A stretch of DNA of 64,000 nucleotides from Scyliorhinus canicula (GCF_902713615.1 NC_052173.1:1701859-1765858), one strand, 5' to 3'. Counted from the stretch's first letter, positions 38,451 to 51,645 are shown. Made by a program: numbers and translations. Notes: generated by a model from the sequence alone, not told the origin.

Positions 38451-39804
38451 GGCTCATACTGCAACAGGCTTAGTAGTTTCTGGTAAAAGAAAATAAATCA
38501 TTACATTAGTTTGCAATAAATTCCATTGCTTGGTACAAAAGAGGCCCATCCTCAAATGGACTATAAAATTCACTTTAGAAAATGCAAAAACTTCTCTTAC
38601 AAACATGTACAAACAATAAAGCACGTCAAAACTTAGAAACATGGTGTTGGTTTTCTCCTTGGGACAGTCTGAACTGACTTAAAAGCAAACCAAAGAGAAT
38701 TAATGATTCTAACTGGATCATATACAGTAACTTCAAACACATTTGCCACATTGCACCCAGCCTTCAATCTTCCACAACACACCCAATTCCAAACACATCA
38801 TTTTGCTCGTTCTGTGTTTCGCCTCTCCACCCCCACCAAAACAAGTCTCGCTCGGATTTCTTTTCTGCCACCAACACCGGCCCGAGCAGCCCCATCGTTG
38901 CCAATACTTTGTCGTGAGTATTTAAGCTGCCGGCAGAAATTTCTTACCATTTCAGTAAATTCTCCTGGAGACACGACGAGAGTTCAAATACAAGGCTCCT
39001 TTCAAAATTGAAACTTGCAGCCATGAAACAACTCCGGTGTCAATGCTAATCTTCCCAGTTAAACAGAAGAGGATTGAGGATAATGGTCACCGAACGCAGC
39101 TTTAAATGTATCACAGCAGCAAACCGCATAACAGTGCGCATCCATTATTTTAATAGCATCAGATGTTCTGAGCTGGAAGCAAGCCAACATATAGAGATTA
39201 ATTTGGACAAGTAAACCTTTTCCCAGCTCTGCAGCAACAACTTAGAGCCTTGCCTCTCCAATTCTCTTCCACAATTAAAAGCTCCACTTAAACACAGAGG
39301 AGATAGCAACAACTGCAGGGCAAATACTTCTCCTCCAAGTATAAAAGGAAAACTATGAAAAAAAAATCACTATGCGTCACCTCCTCTCTGACTGTTCTTG
39401 GAAAGCCCATTAGTAAAGCATTAATGGGCAGCATGGTGGCACAGTGGTTAGCATTGCTGCCTATGGCGCTGAGGTCCCAGGTTCGAATCCCGGCCCGAGT
39501 AGAGTTTCCACATTCTCCCAGTGTCTGCACGGGTCTCACCCCCACAGCCCAAAAGATGTGCAGGGTAGTGGATTGCCCTTTAATTGAAAAAAAAATATTG
39601 GGTACTCTAAATTTAAAAAAAAAGAAAAATAATAAAAGAAAAGCATGAACAGATCAGACCAGAACATGTTCAGTCTAAACAACTTCTACATCTCTCGGAA
39701 CAGGAGCCTCACTTACTCCCCCTCCCTGCTCCTCAGCCCCAGGGCAACTGTAGCCAGTTGCAATGCCCCTATTTAAAATGCAGACAGGTGAACGGCACAA
39801 AGCC

Positions 39805-40154
39805 GGGCAGCACGGTAGCATGGTGGTTAGCATAAATGCTTCACAGCTCCAGGGTCCCAGGTTCGATTCCCGGCTGGGTCACTGTCTGTGTGGAGTCTGC
39901 ACGTCCTCCTCGTGTGCGCGCGTGGGTTTCCTCCGGGTGCTCCGGTTTCCTCCCACAGTCCAAAGATGTGCGGGTTAGGTGGCTTGGCTATGCAAAATTG
40001 CCCTTAGTGTCCTAAAAAATAAGGTTAATGGGGGGTTGTTGGGTTACTGGTATAGGGTGGATATGTTGACTTGAGTAGGGTGATCATTGCTCGGCACAAC
40101 ATCGAGGGCTGAAGGGCCTGTTCTGTACTGTACTGTTCTATGTTCTATGTTCTA
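39805..40154 (+). mobile_element. HE1-type tRNA-derived SINE, long form with CR1-derived tail (representative full-length copy)
   Basis: A box TAGCATGGTGG, B box GGTTCGATTCC, central core GTGGGTTTCCTCCGGGTGCTCCGGTTTCCTCCCACAGTCCAAAGA, tail GAAGGGCCTGTTCTG...(TGTTCTA)n. Other long copies at about 1497-1672(-), 2294-2614(-), 9027-9328(-), 11899-12195(+), 18150-18444(+), 25345-25650(-), 30133-30477(-), 31627-31953(+), 33060-33390(-), 40560-40867(-), 49792-50116(-), 52638-52982(-), 54835-55181(-), 60345-60665(-). Confidence 0.9.
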
Positions 40155-42929
40155 AAGCCGTCACTGTGACGGCCATGACTCAGTTGAATGGAGAGCTGCG
40201 GTCTGGTTCGGAAACTGTGTTTGGGGGGGTACGACACCCGACTCTTTATTAATCCATGGGATTTGCTGCTGTGAACACTGCTTGCCTGTTCCCCCTTTCC
40301 TTTTTGTAAAAGTGAACCCATTTGGGCATCTTCCATGCTGTTCCTGTGGCTCTGACTTATGAATATCGTAGAACTTGAGCCGAGACCTGCTGCCCGTGAC
40401 AGAGGCAGACAACCCCGTTGGGGGGGGGGGGGGGGGGGGGTGTTTATGGGAGCTTGCTGTGCACTAATTGGCTTCTATGTTTGCCACAAAAGTGTCTATA
40501 TTGAAAAATAACTTTTAATTGGCTCGAGCGCCTGGAGATCTCCTAAGGTCATCAACGGTTACATGGAACATACAGTGCAGAAGGAGGCCATTTGGCCCAT
40601 CAAGTCTGCACCGACCCATTTAAGCCCTCACTTCCACCCTATCCCTGTAACCCAATAACCACTCCTAACCTTTTTTGGACACTAAGGGCAATTTATCACG
40701 GCCAATCCACCTAACCTGCATGTCTTTGGACTGTGGGAGGAAACCGGAGGAAACCCACGCACACACGGGGAGAACGTGCAGAGTCCGTACAGCCAGTGAC
40801 CCAGCGGGGAATCGAACGTGGGACTCTGGCGCTGTGAAGCCACAGTGTTATCCACTTGTGCTGCCCACATAATTTCTATAGAAATCATTTTTTATTTATT
40901 TTTAGTAGGCATCATAAGATGCTGTTTTACGATGTAGCACAGTGGCACAATGCTTAGCACCGCTGCCTCAACGCCAGGGTCCCAGGTTCCATTCCGACCT
41001 TGGGTCACTGTCCGTATGGAGAGAGTAGTGAGTAACATGATAGCACACTTGGATCATTGGTGCGGCTATAGGTAGATCAGAGTCAACATAGGTGAGTAAG
41101 CATAAGGGGGTCAGGTGAATAAGTAAAGATACGGCCAGTGTTTCGGATGACCTGAAGTTTATGGAAAAGCAGTGGGAGGTTGGAATAATTGAGACTCGCC
41201 TCAAGAGATGGATGTCGTCTCCACAACTGGCAGCAGAAGCCATCAGATATTTTTTTTTGGGCAGAGATGGTCGAGCAAGCTCCTTCCCCTGAAGCATAGA
41301 TGTCCGTCAGAAATTAAAAAGAGCCCTCCACCCATATTTGGTGTGGTGTACACACGACTCCAGCCTCACACAGGATTCTTAATGCCGGAGGTGGCGTGGG
41401 AAGCAGCTCAGCTGTACAAACAAACCATGCGAAGAGAAGGAAGGACGTGACGGGCAACTAATGCAGCCATAGCCACACTCGGAGAACCAATTAAAATATA
41501 AAAAAAGTGTTTGGGCCTGGACATCAACAAAATGCCCTGGGCCTGAACCAGACCAGGTTTCAATGTCACATCTCATCTGAAAGATGTCACCTTTAGCAAC
41601 GCAGAATGGAGTGTGGAATATTCCACAGTTAAGAGATAAATCAATACATTACTCGCAGACAGCTCACCGTGCCAACCAGCACCAAAATCAAAACCAGTTT
41701 TATTTGAAACTTTAATGCCCAAACAGGAAAACATTGAGCACAACATATTCATCAGAAGCACATTTAGTTTGATACCACACGTGGTTATATCCCCTGCATC
41801 CACCTCGCTCAGAGAAGACTCGGTCAACAGAATAACGTAGATTCACCTCGTCAAACCACGTTTTACACCCCATCACACCCGCGTTTTACACCCCATCACA
41901 CCCACAGTTAATCTCTCAGCACAGCCTGCCATTCGGCCCATCGTTGTGCCAGCTTTTTGAAAGAGCCCATTTTAACCCCACATATCCCTGGAAATCTCCC
42001 CTCACCTTTTCAAATGTTTCCCCAATTCCCCCTTCTGAATCTGCTTCCACTGCTCTTTCAGGCAGCGCACTCCCGATCACAACTCGCTGCGTTTTTTAAA
42101 ATTAATACTCATCCCTCTGCCCACCCCGATCCCGCTGCTTCTTCTGCCAATTCAGCATGCTCTGGTTACTGACCTTCCCACCACTGCAAACTGTTTCTCC
42201 CCCTCTTACTACACTTCTGTTAAATCCCTCCTTCAATCTCTGTTAAATCCCTCCTTCAATCTCTGCCATTAAGAGAATATTCCCAGTTTTTCCAGTCTTG
42301 CCACTTCTCTCCCTGTCCATCCCACTTCTCTGCTAACTGGGAACGGAGGGAAAAAGCTACAGGTAAGTGTCAAACACCTCGTGCGCCCCCACCCACCAAC
42401 ATTTGGCATCGATAGGAGTTGAGAAAATGCAGCTTAGCAACTGGTAAACATCCTTCTCAGTAACTAGGCAACACATTAAAAGACAATCACCTCATGTCCA
42501 TTCCACAAAGAGGCACACAAAAGGAAAGAACGTTTGAAACTAAAAGATATAAACAGCTGGCATGATTCACACAAGTGGAAAATAAGAGACTGAACAAGTT
42601 TGGCAGCCAGCACGTAGCGTTCTCAAAAGACTGCCCACTCCAATTGTAGGCTCTTCCCTCTCAGCCCAAAGTATTCCATTCTCTTCCCACAAAGTTAAAA
42701 AGGAACCCAACTCCAAAATCAAGAGCTGTACGAGGAGAGGGAAACACTGTCATATTAAAGGGTCTGAGGCACCCAATTCTTCTTTGGAACCTGTACAGGT
42801 TATATTGCTGTACGTTAGGCCAGCTAAAGTAGCATACACAGCAAAGATAACATGCAATGTTTCCAGAACCATCTCACTTGCATGCGTGCCAAATTACCAA
42901 CATTCTGCTGAAAATATAGCTTCTATTTT

Positions 42930-44290
42930 TACAAGTGGAAATCCAGAGATTCTGGAATAATCCCAGCAGATTGCAGGCTGGCCCCACTATTTAAAAAAAG
43001 GAATGACAGACTGCCAACCGCAGTAGTAGGGAAAATGCTAGATTGTATTATAAAGGATGTGATAACAGGGCATCCAAAAATATCAACGGGATTAGACAAA
43101 GTCAACATGGATTTATGACCGAGAAATCATGCTTGACAAACCTACTGGAGTTTTTGAGGACGTAACTAGCAGAATAGATACGGGTGAACCAGTGGATGTG
43201 GTTCATTTGGATTTTAGCTTTTGCAGAAAGCTTTTGATAACGTCAAGAGGTTGGTGGGCAAAATTAAAGTGCATGGGATTGGGGTAATATGTTGGCATGG
43301 ATTGAGAATTAGTTAGCCGTCAGGAAGAAAAAAAAAAAGAGGGTGAACAAATGGATCGTTTTCAGAGTGGCAGGCGGTGACAAGTGGGGTCCCGCAGGGA
43401 TCAGTGCTTGGGCGCTAACTATTTACAATATATCAATGATTCGGATGAGGGAACCAAGTATAATATTTCCAAGGTTGCTGACGGCAGAAAACTAGGTGGG
43501 AAGGGGAGTGGTGGGGACCATATCCAGAGGCTTTACTGCGATTTAGACAAGTTGAGTGGGCAAATACATGGCAGGTGCAATTTAACATTGGTGCAGTATA
43601 ACATGGATATAAGTGTGAAGTTATCTACTTTGGTAGGAAAATCAGAATGGCAGAGAATTATTTAAATGGTGAGGGATGGGAAAATGTTGACGTACAAAGA
43701 GGCCTGGGTGTCCTTGTACACCAATCACTAAAAGCAAGCGTGCAGGTGCAGAGAGGCAAATGGTATGTTGGCCTTCATTGCGAGAGGATGGGAGTACAGG
43801 AGCGAGGATGTCTTACTGCAGCTGTACAGGGCCTTGGTGAGACCGCACCTGGAGTAGCGTGCGCAGATTTGGTCTCCTTATCCAAGATAAACGGAGTGCA
43901 GTGCAGCAAAATGTTCACCAGACAGATTAGGGGCCTCACGGTAGCATGGTGGTTAGCATCAATGCTTCACAGCTCCAGGGTCCCAGGTTCGATTCCCGGC
44001 TGGGTCACTGTCTGTGTGGAGTCTGCACGTCCTCCCCGTGTGTGCGTGGGTTTCCTCCGGGTGTTCCGGTTTCCTCCCACAGTCCAAAGATGTGCGGGTT
44101 AGGTGGATTGGCCATGCTAAATTGCCCGTAGTGTAAGGTTAATGGGGGGATTGTTGGGTTACGGGTATACGGGTTACGTGGGTTTAAGTAGGGTGATCAT
44201 TGCTCGGCACAACATCGAGGGCCGAAGGGCCTGTTCTGTGCTGTACTGTTCTATGTTCTATTCCTGGGATGGCAGGATTGTCATATGATG
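42930..44290 (+). mobile_element. Degenerate CR1 RT fragment interrupted by a SINE
   Basis: [42 protein letters not shown]. Confidence 0.75.
43929..44260 (+). mobile_element. HE1-type SINE, long form, young subfamily
   Basis: Near-identical to 47036-47368. Confidence 0.9.
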
Positions 44291-44299
44291 ATTGGGTTG

Positions 44300-45535
44300 A
44301 CATTTGTTTTATTCGTTTACGGGATGTGGGCGCCGCTGGCGAGGTCAGCATTTATTGCCCATCTCTAATGCCCTTCAGAAGGTGGTGGTGAGCTGCCTTC
44401 TTGAACCGCTGCAGTCCTTCAGGTGTAGGTACACCCGCTGTGCTGTTGGGGAAGGAGTTCCAGAATTTTGCCTCAGCTACATATTTCCAAGTCAGGATGG
44501 TGATTGACTTGGGAGGGGAACCTCCAGGTGGTGGGGTTCCCAGTTCTCTGCTGCTCTTGGCCTTCGAGATGGTAGTGGTCGTGGGTTTGGAAGGTGCTGT
44601 CTAAGGAGCCTTGGTGAGTTGCTGCAGGGCATCTTGTAGATGGTACACACGGCTGTCACTGTGCGGTGGTGGAGGGTTTGAATGTTTGTGGAAGGAGGAG
44701 CAATCAAGCGGGGCTGCTTTGTCCTGGATGGTGGTGCCGAGCTGCTGGAGTGTTGTTGGAGCTGCACTCATCCAGGCAAGTGGAGAATATGCCATTACAT
44801 TCCCTGGCTTGTGCCTTGTAGGTGATGGACAGGCTTTGGGGGTAGGGGGGGGGGGGTCAGGAGGCAAGTTACTTTCAGCAGGATTCCTAGCCTTTGACAT
44901 GCCCTGGTAGCCACAGTATTTTAAAAATAAATTTAAGAGTACCCAATTCATTTTTTCCCTCCCAATTAAGGGCCAATTTAACGTGGCCAATCTACCGACC
45001 CTGAACATCTTTGGGTTGTGGGGGTGAAACCAACGCAAACACGGGGAAAATGTGCAAACTCCACACGGACAGTGACCCAGAGCCAGGATCGAACCGTGCC
45101 GCCCTGTAGCCACAGTATCAATGTAGCTAGTCTAGTTCAGTTTCTGATCAATGGAACCCACAGGATGTTGATTGTGGGGGATTCAGCGATGGTAATGCCA
45201 TTGAATGTCATGGGGTGGTGGTTAGATCCTCTCTTGTAGGAGATGATCATTGCCTGGCACTTGTGTAGCATGAAATGTAACTTGCCACTTCTCAGCCCAA
45301 GCCTGGATATGAAATGAAATGAAAATCGCTTATTGTCACGAGTAGGCTTCAATGAAGTTACTGTGAAAAGCCCCTAGTCGCCACATTCCGGCGCCTGTTC
45401 GGGGAGGCTGATACGGGAATCGAACCGTGCTGCTGGCCTGCTTGGTCTGCTTTAAAAGCAGCCTGATGTTGCTCCTGGCATGCTCTCCTGCACCCTTCAT
45501 TGAACCAGGGTTGATCCCCTGGCTGGGTGGTAATG
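44300..45535 (-). mobile_element. CR1/L2-group LINE fragments, interrupted by SINEs
   Basis: Minus-strand PWFNEGCRRACQEQHQA, YSPLAWMSAAPTTL, LHHR..VAAVC motifs; same family as 47650-49330. Confidence 0.65.
44920..45105 (-). mobile_element. Short-form SINE, 13-bp TSD
   Basis: TSD GTAGCCACAGTAT at 44907-44919 and 45106-45118. Confidence 0.88.
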
Positions 45536-47035
45536 GTCACCTCAGCCCACCCACACACAAACCGGGAAGCCCGTAAAAAAGGAGAGTGTAGCTTTAACAC
45601 TTGGTTGAACAGCAGCAATACTTGCTGTGAAAGTCAACAATTAATTTCCACTCGTCAAGTTCAGCCTTCAGAAAGTGTGCATCCCTACCACATCAGCCAT
45701 TTCACCGTTAACGGCAATGTTCTAATCTGAAGCAGCCTTTTGCAATCTGACACCATCCTTGATGTCAACAAGGTTGGAAAAACTTTGTCCTTGATCCAAC
45801 TTTCTGGCATTCATTCTCTTACTGCCGCCCGGACAGGAGCCCATGTTCCTATGGCGTCTGCTTCCTCCTGAAGCAAAAATAAAACCTTCTCTTCCTCCCT
45901 CCACCCTCCTGAAAACCATCTTGATCAAGTCAACTCTGCTTTGTGACTTTTACAACCTCATCAGCTCATAATCTACCTAGTTTTGACACAAATGCCCCAA
46001 TTTTCACACCGCTTTTTGTATCGCACTAGGTAATCTGCAAATGTATCCTCTCAAAAGCCTCAATACCCTCCTTATAGTGTGGAACCCAATACTGCAGTGA
46101 GGAGATCCAAACAGTTCCATCGTAACCACTTGGCCTTTTTTATTCTATATCCCTTGATGGAATATTGCTTTTATTTTTTTTTTAAAAAGCAGCCATCAAC
46201 TGGAAGTGCTACGTGTTGTGAACCTGCACCTCCGGATTCCTCTGCTCTTTCACAGCACGGAGCAAAACTTCAATCCAAGACGATAATTACTGCTGATATT
46301 TCAACTAAATGCATCACTCACACACTGTCTGCCACTTTCTAGCCAAACGGACATTATGCCACCTTATCTGGGCACCATCTATAAATCCTGAAATCCTCCC
46401 TCAACGCCGATACCCAAATAGTGAAACTGATTTCAGAGGGACAGCACTCCCTACTTCCAACCAATGAATTCCTGCTCCCTCCAAAAAAATTTTTATAAAA
46501 TCCAGTTTGCTATTTCCCCAATTTTCTCTTGTAATCTCCCATCTGGTATCCTCTCAAAGGCTTTCCCCAAAGGTCCTCCTCCTGCATCTACCCATCTCAC
46601 CCATTCCATCATGTTGGTCACCTCCCCAAAACCAGTTCCGCAAGGTTTCTCAAGCACATGCAACCAAACACTTCACTTCAAAATCAACCAGAGCCCGAAT
46701 TTCCTCTCTGCTACCTGGACCATAGCAGAGCCCAGCACCCCAACCACTGGATGAGAGAGCTCGAGGCAAATCATTTTCCACAGTCACATTGTTTGTTTGG
46801 GAGTTAAGACGATCAGGGATAGATTACGAGCAGGAATATGGGTGAAGTACACTCCTGTATTTTAATCGCTAGATAAGCCATTATTTTGGGACAGGCAGGA
46901 ATCACCGGTACATCAGGGGTGAATGCAGCAATTCACACAGTAAAGGAAAGAGTTCGCTTGAGGGAGGAAAGCAAAACAAAAATCAAGGAGGTTACTGCGG
47001 CTCTCCCACTATTACAACATCACTATTACAACATT

Positions 47036-47368
47036 AGGGGCCTCACAGTAGCATGGTGGTTAGCATCAATGCTTCACAGCTCCAGGGTCCCAGGTTCGAT
47101 TCCCGGCTGGGTCACTGCCTGTGTCGAGTCTGCACGTCCTCCCTGTGTGTGCGTGGGTTTCCTCCGGGTGCTCCGGTTTCCTCCCACAGTCCAAAGATGT
47201 GCGGGTTAGGTGGATTGGCCATGCTAAATTGCCCGTAGTGTAAGGTTAATGGGGGGATTGTTGGGTTACGGGTATACGGGTTACGTGGGTTTAAGTAGGG
47301 TGATCATTGCTCGGCACAACATCGAGGGCCGAAGGGCCTGTTCTGTGCTGTACTGGTCTATGTTCTAT
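47036..47368 (+). mobile_element. HE1-type SINE, long form, young subfamily
   Basis: Near-identical to 43929-44260. Confidence 0.9.
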
Positions 47369-47649
47369 CTCCAGACCATATTCACACACTTCCTTGGATC
47401 CCTCACCAGTCACAAACCAACCCCACTTCCTCCTATTCCTGGAAAACCGCAGATTTACTGACAATGGCAATTCTAGGTTTTGGCTCAGAATTCACCATGA
47501 CTGTTTGACTCAATAACACACAACTCACCTCCATGTTCAACGTCCTCGTCACCAACAAAACACTCTCCCACCATGGTTCCTTCCCCTTAAACTCCCCATT
47601 TCCACTTGAAAAAGGTCAGTGGGATGAGCATTTTTAAAAAATTTATTTT

Positions 47650-49345
47650 TTTAAAATTCATTTACGGGATGTGGGTGTCGCTGGCTATTCCAGCATTTGT
47701 TGCCCATCCCTAATTGCCCCTTGTGAAGGTGGGGGTGAGCTGCCTTCAAGAACTGCTGCAGTCCAAGTGGTGTAGGTACACCCACAGTGCTGTTAGGGAG
47801 AGAGTTCCAGAATGTTGCCCCAGCGACAGTGAAGGAACGGCCGATATATTTCCCAGTCAGGATGGTGAGTGGCTTGGAGGGGAACCTCCAGGTGGTGGGG
47901 TTCCCAGGTATCTGCTGCTTTTGTCCTTCTAGACGGTAGTGGCCGTGGGTTTGGAAGGTGCTGTCGAAGGAACCTTGGTGAGTTCCTGCAGTACATCTTG
48001 TAGATTTGGGAGGTGGGGGCCTTCCTTTGTGCCAGGTATGACTGAAACAGTGGAGAAATTCTCCCCCCCCCCTCCGCACCTTTCGCCTCCCCTCTCCCGA
48101 TGGCACAGTGGTTAGCACCAAATTATTTAAAAAAATATATCAAGGGCAGTCACTCACTTCGCCAGTTCAACATGTTTGGACCAAGGTTGTAAGAAGGTCA
48201 GGACCGTTCATCATTTGCTGATGATTGTCAGTAGTCTAATGGGGCAGTAATTGACTGGGTTGGATTTGTCCGGCTGTGTGTGTACAGGTCACACCCGAGC
48301 AATTTTCCACATTACTGGGTAGATGCCAGTGTAGTAGCTGTCCAGGAATAGCTTGGCTAGGGGTGCGGCAAGTTCTGGAGCACACATCTTCAGTACTATT
48401 GCCAGAATATTGTCAGGATCCACAGACTTTGCAGTATCCAGTGCCTTCAGCCATTACGTGATAATCACGTGGAGTGAATCGTATTGGATGAAGACTGACA
48501 TCTATGATGCAGGGATGTAAAGATAGATCATCCACTCGGCACTTCGGGCCTAAAGAATGTTGCAAATGCCTCAGCCTCATCTGCTGTGCTGGGCTCCTCC
48601 ATCATTGGAGGATGGGGATATTTGTGAAGTCTCCTCCTCCAGCGAGTTGTTCAATTGTCCACCACCATTCAGGGCTGAATATGTCAGGACTGCAAGAGCT
48701 TCGATGTGATCCATTGGCTGTGGAGTTGCTTACCTCTTTTTGATGCTCATGCTGTTTGCCACAAAGTAGTCCCGTGTTGTAGCTTCACCAGGTTGACACC
48801 TCATTTTTCGGTATGCCTGATGCTGCTCCTGGCATGCTCTCCTCCAGCCTTCATTGAACCAGGGTTGATCCCCTGGCTGGGTGATAATGGTAGAGTGGGG
48901 AATATGCCGGGCCATAAGGTTACAGATTGCAATAGAGTACAATTCTGCTGCTGCTAATGGCCCACAGCGACTCAGTGATGCACACAGTCTGGAGTTGCTA
49001 GATCTGTTTAAAATCTATCCCACTTAGCACGATGGTAGTGCCACACAACACGATGGAGGGCATTTTTTAAAAATTTAAAGTACCCAATTATTTTTTTCCA
49101 ATTAAGGGGCAATTTAGCGTGGCCAATCCACCTACCCTGCACATCTTTGGGTTGTGGGGGCGAGACCCACACAGACATGGGGAGAATGTGCAAACTCCAC
49201 ACAGACAACGTCCCGGGGCCGGGATCGAACCTGGATCCTCAGCGCCAAGAGGCAGCAGCACTAACCATTGCGCCACCGTGCCACCCCTCGATGGAGGGCA
49301 TCTCTACATGGAAACGGGGCACATCTCCATGGGAACCGTGCAGTG
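47650..49345 (-). mobile_element. CR1/L2-group LINE fragments
   Basis: RHIPHSTIITQPGDQPWFNE, KSVDPDNI, WNSLPNS and a 3' tail shared with 44300. Confidence 0.65.
49064..49288 (-). mobile_element. Short-form SINE, 13-bp TSD
   Basis: TSD CGATGGAGGGCAT at 49051-49063 and 49289-49301. Confidence 0.88.
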
Positions 49346-50349
49346 GTCACTCCTACCAATACATGTATCACCCAAATCTTCCACCAATAGAAGCTTAAAG
49401 AAAGGTTGATTTTCACTAGAAAAGATGAAGATATGGGTCCCAGAGCATTAGCCTGGGTCTCTGGATTACTAATCCAGTGTCAATACCACTATGTCACTGC
49501 CTCAGATAAACATAAACAACACCCCAGAGAACATCATAGGATGAGTCAAAGGGGAGATATTCAGAGTGACCAAAATACTCGTCAGAGAGTTTTAAGGGAA
49601 GGAATTTAAGAGCGTAGGATCCAAGCAGCTGAAGGCATATTTGCCAATGGTGGGAATGCATACATAACGTGGCCAAACAAGTCGATTATCAGCCTGTATA
49701 TCTTCCCAATTCACCTGATGGCAGGCGGTAAAGTGGGGGAAGAGTTTCCTGGTCGGCCATACTGCAGAAGGCAACGGAAAACCACTGCAGTTAGAACATA
49801 GAACATAGTGCAGAAGGAGGCCATTCGGCCCATCGAGTCTGAACAGACCCATTTAAGCCCTCACTACCACCCTATCTCCATAACACAATAACCCATCCTA
49901 ACCTTTTTGGACACTAAGGGGGCAATTTAGCATGGCCAATTCACCTACCCTGCACGTCTTTGGATTGTGGGAGGAAACCGGAGCACCCGGAGGAAACTCG
50001 CACAGACACGGGGAGAACGTGCAGACTCCGCACAGACAGTGACCCAGTGGGGAATCAAACCTGGGACCCTGGCGCTGTGAAGCCACAGTGCTAGCCACAT
50101 GTGCTACCGTGCTGCCCATAAGTTCCTTGCCAAACATAATCATGGACCAATCCAAACTAAGTCCGTGGTCGCCATCACCTGCTTAAGAGCAGGGTACCTG
50201 GAGGAGGAGGAGGAGGAGGAGGAGGAAAAGGAAATGCACACGAGGCTGGGGTTACAGAATGGAGAGCTAGCAGGCAAGTTCAGCAAGGCAAATGGCATCT
50301 TGACCTTCATTGCAATGGGGTTTGGAGTTTAAAAATAAGGAGGTTTTGT

Positions 50350-50565
50350 GGCGCAGTGAGTAGCACTGCTGCCTCACGGCGCCGAGGTCCCAGGTTCGAT
50401 CCCGGCTCTGGGTCACTGTCCGTGTGGAGTTTGCACATTCTCCCCGTGTTTGCGTGGGTTTCGCCCCCACAACCCAAAAAGGTGCAAGCTAGGTGGATTG
50501 GCCACTCTAAATTGCCCCTTAATTGGAAAAATGATTGGGTACACTAAATTAAAAAAAAAATAAAA
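50350..50565 (+). mobile_element. Short-form SINE, 19-bp TSD, inserted in a CR1 remnant (about 50260-50810)
   Basis: TSD AAAAATAAGGAGGTTTTGT at 50331-50349 and 50566-50584, preceded by TT. Confidence 0.9.
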
Positions 50566-51558
50566 AAAAATAAGGAGGTTTTGTTGCACTTGTACAGTGT
50601 GCTGGCGAGGCCTCACCTGGAATACTGTGAACAGTTTTGGTCCCCTTACCTAAAAAAAAAGGATTCAGTAACATTGGAGGCAGCCCAAAGGAGATTCACC
50701 AGGTTAATTCTTGGGATGAGACGGTTGTCCTATCAAGACAAAATAGTCTAGGTCGGTATTCCTTGGAGTTTATAGAAGAGTGAGGGGTGACCTTATTCAA
50801 ACATACAAGATCCGGAATGTGGTGTTGTGGGCGGTGGGGGTAGAGAGAGAGAGGAATGTGCCAAACTTGAAGGCGGTCAGTGTGAAAGGGGCAAGATTAT
50901 GGATGACAATTAGCTGTCTGTCACTCCATTAAACTTTCTCCAGTGCTAACCAGATGTTCACCAATCACATTTGACAATGGATCAGAACAAGGAATTAGTT
51001 TTGCCAAAGTCAGTAAAAGTTTAGTCATTTATCCCTGGCAAGACTATAATTTTTGGACTGTCACCTGGTTTTCGTAGCAAGACAGTGGGATGGCATGTAA
51101 CGGATTTCGAATGGTGAAATATTGGGTGGGATGGCTCAACTGTTTCAGAACAATGCTGATCGAAATAGTAATTTGCTCGCAACTAGTATTTAAAAATAAG
51201 TACCTACACAGATTGCTTGGTCTCCAAACAGAATCAAGAAAATTACAGTATTTAAAAATAAATGCCACGCGCCTAGATATTGAATGGTTCACACACAGGT
51301 AAAGTTAATCAAATCCTGAACAAGAATGATACCAGAACTGGAGGTTTGTACAGGCCAGCAATAGCAAAATTAAACTTTGACCTCTAACCAACATTCCAAA
51401 ATACGCACCCCCTCGCCTTCCCACACCAAACATTGCTCCCAATGGCACAAGTGCTTTGTTTCCAAGTCCAGCTGTGTTCTGAACACAAACAGGTTTATAA
51501 TGAATCAGTTAGGAGTTGGGGATTTCCTGGAGTTTCAGTCCTTAGTGTGTGACTGAAT

Positions 51559-51591
<33 letters not shown>

Positions 51592-51645
51592 GGAGGAGGA
51601 GAGAGAGAAGAAGAGAGCAAGAGAGCGAGAGGGGACCTCTCCATT

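Noticed and set aside
39805-39880. SINE heads as tRNA genes
   Set aside because: A and B boxes are present but there is no complete cloverleaf, and they continue into SINE core sequence.
41858-42264. Two short tandem duplications of about 23 bp
   Set aside because: Ordinary slippage events in intronic sequence.
42340-42370. Strong plus-strand donor CAG|GTAAGT suggesting an antisense exon
   Set aside because: No partner exon, ORF or promoter identified; expected by chance in 64 kb.
51559-51590. Long poly-G/poly-C tracts (also near 26675, 35213, 37771, 40420) as functional G-quadruplexes
   Set aside because: Homopolymer lengths are unreliable in this assembly and such tracts are common; no independent support.
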